Below, piece after piece: positions 28,601 to 36,626 of a stretch of DNA of 64,000 nucleotides. Source of the DNA: an uncultured virus (IMG/VR IMGVR_UViG_3300035698_023471). Lineage: Duplodnaviria > Heunggongvirae > Uroviricota > Caudoviricetes. The stretch is from IMG/VR virus record IMGVR_UViG_3300035698_023471; one strand, given 5' to 3'. Position 1 is the first letter of the stretch, and the number at the start of each line of letters is the position of its first letter. A program made the translations under genes and the position numbers. Below the pieces are notes generated by a model, which was not told the origin of the DNA, ran no database searches, and saw nothing but the letters and a program-made list of their open reading frames with translations.

Positions 28601-31600
28601 ATGAATATTGACAAATTATCACAACTCAAAGAACGAATGGAAACAATCGTTCATGAAAGTCAAAGAGGAAAACCTTGGTCTCCCAGACCTGGAAGTAGAG
28701 GGGTTCCTGTCTCCATCATAGATGACGAACAAGATGTTGCAAACTTCTTTCAACATCTTGCCGATAATCCTGAGATAGGGATGGCGGGTTATAATCCCGA
28801 TAATCCTTTCATGTTGGATCAAGAAGATAAACCACGAGCTGTAGAAAAGATTTTAAACAAAGCTGTTTCCAACTTGGCGAACAATGCTTTTAGCACATTG
28901 AATCAGCCCTTAGAGACGAAACAGACATTATTCGATCCAGAGCAACTCTCTGTAAGAATCGCAAACCAATTCAAAGATGTTTTAGACAGTGTCAATTTCA
29001 TCAGCGGGAAAGGTTATAAGAGATACATCCCTTTCGTCCATGACAATTTCGTGAAACCCTATTGGCAAGAAGAAAATCCGTTTGAAACATATCGAACGGC
29101 TGTCGATAGGATCATAGAGACTTATTCACAAAAATTTCCAACACGAGATGCCCATGCAGACATTTCCAAATTCAGAGGTGTCAGTCAAGCCTTGAATTGG
29201 ATTGAAAATGGGAGATTCCCTACCGATGCTTTTCAAAGAGAAAGTGCAGGAGAAGTTGCCAAAAAGAAATCCTTCTTTTCTGATTCTTTCTTGAAATGGA
29301 TTCAAGACAATTTTCCAACAAAAGATTCTTTCGTCGAATATTTGAGAATGTTTGTTGAAGAAATCTCTGAAGAAACAAAAGAACCGTCCTTCGAATATGG
29401 CCGACCCCTTTATCCGATCATGCAAGTGATTCAATATCCTCAATCATATGAACGGGCTAAAAATGAAGCGGTCAATATTAGAAAGACGATGAGTGAAGGT
29501 ATCTTTGACAATTTCGTAAGTCGTTTAAGCAGTCTTCTCGAAGCAGCATTATCTGGAGACTCACAAGCACAAGACATTTGGAAGTCAAATACGATCCCAC
29601 AGCATGTCGTTCAAACACTGGTGAATGAATATTCGATCAGTGATCCGAGAAAGACACATGATCCGTTAGAAGTAGTCAAAGAATTTTTCATGGCTGCAGG
29701 CGTTCCCGCAGAAACTGTGCAACAAATTGTCAGTTCAGACAGTTTGGAAAAAGGGCTTCAACAAGATCGAAGAGTAGAAGCGCTTAAAGCGTCTCAGTAT
29801 TATTCTCCAATTTACAAAAGCTTCATCAGTCAATTACAAGGAATCATCAGAACCATCAATGATATCAAAGGTGAATTGTCTGGAAATTTTGATCCTGACA
29901 AACCTAGTATGCAGAAAGCCTTTGCAATTTGTGAAGAATTCATACAAACCATCTCAAACTTCATTCGAGACATTGACACAAATCCAATTTACGGAATGAA
30001 TTTGATCGGATTTAAAGGAGCTGAATCAGAGAATGAGTTAGTTAAGAAGGCGGCAGCGACCGTCAGGCAAACATTCTTAGGTCTCTTAGGCTCTCTCAAC
30101 GATCCTCTTCAAAACTTATCCAGTGCTGCTGATGATTTACATTCATTATTTTCACAACCGGAAATAAATCTTCTCAAAGAATGGGAACATTCGCCATTCA
30201 AAGTAGTTGTAGATAGATTGTCTTCTGAAATTCAAAATGTCAAGAAACAATCTTTGACGATCAAAGATGAAGATGAAGCGATGCCTGAAATTGATTTAAA
30301 CAAATACCAAGAACCCGAAGGGGGGTACGATTTCACCATGGATACTAATGAAGCCGCCACAGTCAAAACTATTTTCAAAGAATCTGAAGTTAAGGTAGCG
30401 ATACCTTTGCTTAATGACATCGTGGAAGACACGGAACCATCTGAAGTTCCCCCTCCGCCTCTTGAATATCCTCCAGAGGTCATTGAAGAAAAAGAAAGGC
30501 TTGAAGACACTTCAGAACAAGCTCAATTATATAAGGAACAACTTTCAGAATTCTTCGCCATTTACAATCAACTCATCAATGTCGTTCCTGATGATTTCAA
30601 AGATGAATTCACAAATCTCTATAATGGTATCAAAAATTATCTCACAGGTATAGCCGGTAGAGCGAGTAGAACCATCGCATCTAAAAAGCAAGAGATAGTC
30701 ATGCTCAAGTTCGCGGCACATGACCCTGCATCTTTAGATCAAGCATACGGTTTGATCAATCAGTTAACTCAAATTCTTTACGACATGCAAAGATTCGTTG
30801 AAAGCAGCATCGGTGATAGTTCGAGATTAGCAGAATACATCAATTATATGCAGGGTCTGCAAGAAGGGATCGTCTCTAGAAGAGACCTCATGGAAGGACA
30901 ACGAACGGGGATCGATCAGCTCAAGCAAGAAATTGCAAATCAAATGGTTTTTTTAGGACCCTACATCAACAATACTTCTGAACCTCAACTGAAAGGTAGG
31001 CTACAAACGATTTGGAGGTCTTTTCAGAGTGTTTCAAACAAATTAGATGAAATGGCATTAGCGGAGACCGCAGCCACCGTGACGACGATTAAAACAGCTG
31101 CTGACGATTACCTCCCGACCCTCATCGACAATCTCGAACAGTTGGTGGAGAGAATAAACCAAAATACTTCTCACATCTTCAATGCAGAAACTGCACGAGT
31201 CGTTCAAGGATTCCTCAGTGACATCAATAATGAGATAGCGGAATTAAGAAACGAGTATGTCGGAGGAGATTCTACTGGAGCAGCTCCGACAAGTCAAATC
31301 TTCAATCAGTCCGCCCAATTCATTCATCAATGGATTGGAGGTATGATTCCGGAGATACGTCAAACACTCAGAAACATCGGAATGTGGGAGAAGCAATTAG
31401 ATCAAAGTTTTCAAGACATGGGTGGGTCGAGGAATCTACAGTTACAAGCTGATTACGATCAGATGAAAGCCGATGTCGTCAGACATAAGTCCAATGTCGG
31501 AGCCATCTATGAATCTTATACCCAAAGGTTGAACTATGTCGGACAGTTATTGACTAGAACGGAAGCTCCCGGTGCCACAGCCCCAGAAGCTCCCACCGCA

Positions 31601-32104
31601 TCAGTTCAAGACATCTTGAGGACAGCTCAAGTCGGAATGATGAAAGATTGGTGGCAACGCGGTAAGGAAAAACTCACTGGCGGTTTCGACAAATTGAAGA
31701 ACGACATCGACAGTGTAGATGGCGTTATCCAAAATTGGACGACACGACTTGTCAGCGAAGTGAACAATGAGTTAAGCAGATTTGATTCAGCGACTTACGA
31801 CTGGTTCAATCAACATGTACTCTATCATTTGAATCCAAGTACGATCATCAACAAGTCCACTAAAGATACGACTACTGAAATGACTCCTGGACGAGAAGCG
31901 CCTGAAGCAAGACCTGAAGAAGACTCTGCAGAAGGACCATCTCCGGCAGAAGGAGTAAGACCAATGCTCGAAGAGGCTTTAGAAACAAATCCGGAATTGT
32001 TTGACTTGTTAAAAATGTTGTCTAGTTACCCAGAATTAGATGATGTTAAGATGGGTGATTTGAGAAAAGTTATAGACGAAACTATGGCCACATCAGGATT
32101 ATAA
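28601..32104 (+). CDS. Large alpha-helical protein, candidate internal head/ejection protein
   Basis: 1167-aa ORF, Q/E-rich, with repeated K/R-x-A motifs (VKKAAA, LKFAAH, IKTAAD, LRTAQ). Confidence 0.6.
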   Translation: MNIDKLSQLKERMETIVHESQRGKPWSPRPGSRGVPVSIIDDEQDVANFFQHLADNPEIGMAGYNPDNPFMLDQEDKPRAVEKILNKAVSNLANNAFSTLNQPLETKQTLFDPEQLSVRIANQFKDVLDSVNFISGKGYKRYIPFVHDNFVKPYWQEENPFETYRTAVDRIIETYSQKFPTRDAHADISKFRGVSQALNWIENGRFPTDAFQRESAGEVAKKKSFFSDSFLKWIQDNFPTKDSFVEYLRMFVEEISEETKEPSFEYGRPLYPIMQVIQYPQSYERAKNEAVNIRKTMSEGIFDNFVSRLSSLLEAALSGDSQAQDIWKSNTIPQHVVQTLVNEYSISDPRKTHDPLEVVKEFFMAAGVPAETVQQIVSSDSLEKGLQQDRRVEALKASQYYSPIYKSFISQLQGIIRTINDIKGELSGNFDPDKPSMQKAFAICEEFIQTISNFIRDIDTNPIYGMNLIGFKGAESENELVKKAAATVRQTFLGLLGSLNDPLQNLSSAADDLHSLFSQPEINLLKEWEHSPFKVVVDRLSSEIQNVKKQSLTIKDEDEAMPEIDLNKYQEPEGGYDFTMDTNEAATVKTIFKESEVKVAIPLLNDIVEDTEPSEVPPPPLEYPPEVIEEKERLEDTSEQAQLYKEQLSEFFAIYNQLINVVPDDFKDEFTNLYNGIKNYLTGIAGRASRTIASKKQEIVMLKFAAHDPASLDQAYGLINQLTQILYDMQRFVESSIGDSSRLAEYINYMQGLQEGIVSRRDLMEGQRTGIDQLKQEIANQMVFLGPYINNTSEPQLKGRLQTIWRSFQSVSNKLDEMALAETAATVTTIKTAADDYLPTLIDNLEQLVERINQNTSHIFNAETARVVQGFLSDINNEIAELRNEYVGGDSTGAAPTSQIFNQSAQFIHQWIGGMIPEIRQTLRNIGMWEKQLDQSFQDMGGSRNLQLQADYDQMKADVVRHKSNVGAIYESYTQRLNYVGQLLTRTEAPGATAPEAPTASVQDILRTAQVGMMKDWWQRGKEKLTGGFDKLKNDIDSVDGVIQNWTTRLVSEVNNELSRFDSATYDWFNQHVLYHLNPSTIINKSTKDTTTEMTPGREAPEARPEEDSAEGPSPAEGVRPMLEEALETNPELFDLLKMLSSYPELDDVKMGDLRKVIDETMATSGL

Positions 32105-32109
32105 CTTTC

Positions 32110-32769
32110 TCATTTAAGTAAGGGCTGTCTCACAAGTTGTTTTAAATCTTCGAGGTATTGTTGGTGAGTCGGGTCATTCGCGTCAAAATCGGGGATGTAT
32201 CTATCTACCAAATATGCAAGAATTTCTTGATCGGTATTACTCTCCCTCTTTTTAAAATCGACTTCTAACATCATTGGGAGAATTTCTTCTCGTTCAATTT
32301 GATGAATGGGGGGGAATTCTTCCCAAACATCTTTAAGGAAGTTATCATCTTGAGCGATGAGATAAATGACATGAGTCAACTCATGAATGATACTTGATTT
32401 CTTAAATTCTTCATCCTTCTGATTTTCCTTACTCAGAACGATATAAGGAACTGAGTAAAGACTTCGATATTCAGAACAAACTTCATTTCCTAAATCATCA
32501 TAGAATCTCTTCCCAGGAACGACATCTCCCCTTTCCCCATCATAGACGAGGAATGAATAGACATTATTATCATCTTCTCTGACATCATAATTATATTCAA
32601 TCACCTTAATGCCGATGAGGTCTTGCAACAGATGTGAGATGCCGAATTCTTCGAGCATTTGTTTTAAGACAGATGCTATCTTGGGATAATTTCCGATGAC
32701 AGAATCCCTATGCGGCAATTTTTGAGCTAAGGCGTAACTGATTGAAGCTTCAGAACTTATGATTTCCAT
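32110..32769 (-). CDS. HExxH zincin-like metalloprotein
   Basis: IIHELTH plus a downstream acidic residue (EREE); coupled to the upstream gene by TAATG. Confidence 0.6.
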   Translation of the reverse strand: MEIISSEASISYALAQKLPHRDSVIGNYPKIASVLKQMLEEFGISHLLQDLIGIKVIEYNYDVREDDNNVYSFLVYDGERGDVVPGKRFYDDLGNEVCSEYRSLYSVPYIVLSKENQKDEEFKKSSIIHELTHVIYLIAQDDNFLKDVWEEFPPIHQIEREEILPMMLEVDFKKRESNTDQEILAYLVDRYIPDFDANDPTHQQYLEDLKQLVRQPLLK

Positions 32770-34745
32770 TATGATTCTCCATAGGGATTAGGAACTTCTT
32801 CAACTCGATCCACAAATTGTGACAAATATTGAATGACATCTTCTTGAGAAGGACTACTTTCGTTCGACAATTCATTCAAGATGAACTCTTGTGATTGACG
32901 AAGTAGATCTCCAATCTGTGGTCCTCCCGACAAACTGAAAGCATCCATCAACATCTTCCCATCGATACTTGAAGATGACCAATTGTTTCTGACGATTGCT
33001 TCCACCGCAGCTTCTGTCGGGTCTTTGTCCAATTGTCCTGCGATATATTGATTGAAAACATTCTCAACCAAATCTTGTTTTTTGTTTTTGAATTTTTGTC
33101 CAAGAAGTTCAAAAACGACTCGTTCATCAACGACTTGTCTAGGCGTTCCGTAAAGATGTTCTTCTGGAACTTGTTCTTTCTTTTGTTCGAACTCTTGAAT
33201 TTCAGAAGGATCGGTATGTTCTTCTGCATGGGCTTCTTTATCAGAATACATCAATGAGATTAGATTGTTAAAATCTTCTGGATGTTTTCCGTTTCCGCTA
33301 ACTTGTAAAGCTAATTTCCTCATTTCTACGGGGCCTATGTTCTTGTCTTCCATTTCCATGAGATAACCATGTGAGGAAACAAGTCTTTTTACTCTTCCTT
33401 TAAATTGATCTGCTCTAATTTGAGTGTTGAAAAATTGTTCCGTCAATTTTGAAGACTCTCGTTCATGTCCACCATAAGTGTACTCATGAATACCTTCTTG
33501 ATATTTATCTTCTTTCACAGGTTGTCTGACATCTCTATGTAGCTTTCCTAAGTCGTGGAGTAAGGCAGACATCCTAACAACGAATCTATCATCCTTTTCT
33601 TCGGGAAGATGATTGTCTGTGGCAGAAACTACTCTCATGATATGATCGAAGACAGAATCATTCAAATGATACCTACTCAACTGAGGAACATCGAGAGGAT
33701 GATATGTATCTGGATCATTCGGGTCATTTGGATCGTATTTTTCACCAAGTCCGAACATCGATCTCAACATACCAGTTTGTTGCATCGAGTAAAGAGCTTT
33801 CGAGATGTTGGGTCCACTTTCTGGTCCTAATGAAAGCATCTTGTAAATCTGTTCGAAATTCTGTTCCTTCGCAGTCGCTTTGATCACATTTCTAGGACCA
33901 TTCTGATCGATTCCCAAGACCTTTGTCATTTCCGGATCTGTGAATCGGATTCCTTGACCTCTATTCATAGGATTGACCATCTTTTGAAAATCCGGATGAC
34001 TCAGAACTTCCATCGTTTCAGGAGCGACATCAAAACCTAATTGAGCGACGAATCGAAACAAACGCATGATCCTATCTGGATCGTCATGAAATGTTCGGTA
34101 TGGATTTGGATCGGTCGTTCTGATGACTCCATTTTGAAGGTCTTCGATTCCATGGCCATAATAATCAATCACATCTCCATCTTCAACACTGTAAAGTAAT
34201 GAATTCGCGGAGAAATCTCTCCTTCGAACCTCTGTCGCCATGTTTCCTGCTTGAATAGTAGGCTTGTTAGTTCTGAAATAACTTTCACTTCTGAAAGGGG
34301 TGAACTCAAGATCTAAATTGAGAATTTCTGGAGAGAATAAGTTTTCCTCGCCAGGATTTAGCAAATCTTTTACACGAACCTTGGTCGTTCCGATCTTGTT
34401 GATGTCTTTGGAGGAATCATGGGGAACACCTTTGATGGCAGCATAAATTTTCTGTGCCGCTGAGGTCGGGTCTTCACTATCCCAAACAGCAACATCGATG
34501 TCTTTGCTTGGCCGTTTCAAGAATTTATCTCTCACCCAACCACCAGCAACGAATGACTCTACTCCAACTCCTCTAGAATAATCTCTCAACCTATTCAAAA
34601 TGAAAGATTCAACTTCATCCAATGGCATAGTTCGTCCCGTTTGAGTCAATTGGTCGAATGGGATTCTAATTTCGGCACCTTCTTCACCAGAAGCCATCGA
34701 CATAGAGAATAAGCCATCAAATGAATTATTCGGGTTGATGAACAT
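32769..34745 (-). CDS. cca: Class II CCA-adding enzyme / poly(A) polymerase-family nucleotidyltransferase with HD domain
   Basis: GGWVRD...KDIDV, RRDFSAN, DDPDRIMR and HD domain DHI...ALLHDLGK; carries an extra N-terminal leader. Confidence 0.85.
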   Translation of the reverse strand: MFINPNNSFDGLFSMSMASGEEGAEIRIPFDQLTQTGRTMPLDEVESFILNRLRDYSRGVGVESFVAGGWVRDKFLKRPSKDIDVAVWDSEDPTSAAQKIYAAIKGVPHDSSKDINKIGTTKVRVKDLLNPGEENLFSPEILNLDLEFTPFRSESYFRTNKPTIQAGNMATEVRRRDFSANSLLYSVEDGDVIDYYGHGIEDLQNGVIRTTDPNPYRTFHDDPDRIMRLFRFVAQLGFDVAPETMEVLSHPDFQKMVNPMNRGQGIRFTDPEMTKVLGIDQNGPRNVIKATAKEQNFEQIYKMLSLGPESGPNISKALYSMQQTGMLRSMFGLGEKYDPNDPNDPDTYHPLDVPQLSRYHLNDSVFDHIMRVVSATDNHLPEEKDDRFVVRMSALLHDLGKLHRDVRQPVKEDKYQEGIHEYTYGGHERESSKLTEQFFNTQIRADQFKGRVKRLVSSHGYLMEMEDKNIGPVEMRKLALQVSGNGKHPEDFNNLISLMYSDKEAHAEEHTDPSEIQEFEQKKEQVPEEHLYGTPRQVVDERVVFELLGQKFKNKKQDLVENVFNQYIAGQLDKDPTEAAVEAIVRNNWSSSSIDGKMLMDAFSLSGGPQIGDLLRQSQEFILNELSNESSPSQEDVIQYLSQFVDRVEEVPNPYGES

Positions 34746-35482
34746 TATCGTTTAAACCTTATTTCTTTGGGGACATATGATTCATAAAATTTACTAAATT
34801 CTTCTGAATCAAGAGAGTCTATTTTTTCAATTATTGTTTCAATCGGAACGTCAGAATGTTTTGATTGGACATATTTAATCAAAAGTTCTCTTTTGTTCCC
34901 TTGTTCCTCTGGACCCCAAGTTCTCGGAATCACTCCCAATTGCCTAAGAATAGTAAACATTTTATTTCCAGTCAAAACGAATGAAATTGGTTCATCACGT
35001 TCAGAATAATAATCTCCAGGTTCAACATGCTGATGGGTACCTTCTTGATGATACATCTCCCATTCATCCGATTCTTTAGAACGTTGTCGATTAGTGTCAG
35101 GAGGTCTTCTTTCCCATCCGGCTTCTCTCATAACAACTAAAGCACCATGTTCGAGGAGTTCTTCATCAGTAACGCTATGCATGTCTTTATTAAGCTTTAC
35201 TCCAATTTGAGCTGCCATAGCCGTTAAAGCTTTACTTATTTCTTCTTTATCTGCTGCAAATATCAATTCTTCCAATTGAACTTCATTATATCGATCTTGT
35301 CCATCTTCATCCTCCCCCATCCATTCGTCTCCGTAAAATTGACTGGTAAAACCTCCCGTTTGTGGGTAAAGACCTTCTTCAGCAATCTGTTTGGCATTAT
35401 CGACAGTAGTACCGTGATACAATGTCTTTGACATTGCGACGGTCATGATTCCATCAAATGAATTGTTAGGATCGATGAACAT
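34745..35482 (-). CDS. ADP-ribosyltransferase-fold-like protein (LYHGT type)
   Basis: KTLYHGTT..NA..I..EGL.P directly after the leader, a motif of ART/Tpt1-like folds. Confidence 0.55.
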   Translation of the reverse strand: MFIDPNNSFDGIMTVAMSKTLYHGTTVDNAKQIAEEGLYPQTGGFTSQFYGDEWMGEDEDGQDRYNEVQLEELIFAADKEEISKALTAMAAQIGVKLNKDMHSVTDEELLEHGALVVMREAGWERRPPDTNRQRSKESDEWEMYHQEGTHQHVEPGDYYSERDEPISFVLTGNKMFTILRQLGVIPRTWGPEEQGNKRELLIKYVQSKHSDVPIETIIEKIDSLDSEEFSKFYESYVPKEIRFKR

Positions 35483-35787
35483 TAATATTCTTCCAATAAA
35501 TTATCTGCGTCAAGTTCTATATTTTCAAGAAAAGATTTAACAGCTCGTTCATCTTCGACATATCTTCCCAGCCTATACATGAGATCCCTAAATGTTCCTA
35601 TCCTACTTTTAGAATAATGTTCTAAAAAAGATAATACATATTTCATGAAAACATCAGAACCATATTTTGATAAGACTGTTCGTATATCACTTTTAAGAGA
35701 TTCTATATCGGAACTTTTTGCTAAAATAACAATAGGTTCTTTTTTAGAAAATAAGCCATCAAATGAATTATTTGGATCGATGATCAT
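35482..35787 (-). CDS. Hypothetical protein with the shared N-terminal leader
   Basis: MIIDPNNSFDGLFS...; TAATG coupling to the downstream gene. Confidence 0.75.
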   Translation of the reverse strand: MIIDPNNSFDGLFSKKEPIVILAKSSDIESLKSDIRTVLSKYGSDVFMKYVLSFLEHYSKSRIGTFRDLMYRLGRYVEDERAVKSFLENIELDADNLLEEY

Positions 35788-36085
35788 TTTTATTTCTCCA
35801 CTTCAACTCTTTTTCATCTCGTTCTTCTTTTGATAACTTAATCAAATCGACGATAACTTCACTTTCCATTTGCCTATACATGTCTTTTTTGTGAAACTCG
35901 CAAATCCCATGAGTAGCCCCCATTCCTGAATGTTCTAATAAATTGACGATGTCTTGATAGACGCCATTTCCTTGAACGCACCAAGAACAAAATCTAGGAA
36001 GACCTTCTTTCCAACCTAAGAAAGCATCTGGAGGCAATTGCTCAATTAAATTGTCTAATTCAATTCTCGCTTCTTCTTTTGTCAT
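35768..36085 (-). CDS. Small zinc-binding hypothetical protein
   Basis: CSWC...THGICEFH. Confidence 0.65.
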   Translation of the reverse strand: MTKEEARIELDNLIEQLPPDAFLGWKEGLPRFCSWCVQGNGVYQDIVNLLEHSGMGATHGICEFHKKDMYRQMESEVIVDLIKLSKEERDEKELKWRNKNDHRSK

Positions 36086-36365
36086 ATTTTTCTCTCAAGT
36101 TTTCTTTCACAAATTTAAAATCCATCGTCAAACTAGAATCAGCTTGGCGCATCCCGACGAGAAGTTTCCTAACTTCCTCTTTCGTCCACACCCAATCTGG
36201 ATCGTTTTCTGATTCTATCAATCGTTCAAACATTTCATCAACTTCTTCATCAGAAACACTCTCTTCGATTTCTCGATGTTTACTAACGACATAGTCTCTA
36301 GTTAGATGTGGATGAGTCTTAAGTATCGCTTGGATTGATTTTTCTGGCATTGGTTCGTATGTCAT
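36060..36365 (-). CDS. Hypothetical protein
   Basis: 101 aa, first gene of the operon, with AAGAA-N17-GAATA upstream. Confidence 0.65.
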   Translation of the reverse strand: MTYEPMPEKSIQAILKTHPHLTRDYVVSKHREIEESVSDEEVDEMFERLIESENDPDWVWTKEEVRKLLVGMRQADSSLTMDFKFVKENLREKYDKRRSEN

Positions 36366-36567
36366 TATTTAATCATTCCTTTTTGTTCCGTTTATATTAC
36401 TATATTCAGAAAAAAGTCGAAACTTTCTTGTATCTCCTTACAATCTAGTCCAAATGCAATTGAAAGTCAACTCCATCTTATCTAGAAAACTAGGTATTTT
36501 CATCTGTTTTCTATCCAAATGATGTGTTCTATGGCCTTTTTTTGAAAATGAGATATTTTTACTCAAT

Positions 36568-36610
36568 GCACAGCCTCAGAGTGTCCCGTAGGGACACTCT
36601 GAGGCTGTGC
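36568..36610. repeat. Perfect 20-bp inverted repeat with a 3-nt loop
   Basis: gcacagcctcagagtgtccc-gta-gggacactctgaggctgtgc. Confidence 0.95.
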
Positions 36611-36626
36611 TCCGTATAATTAAATT

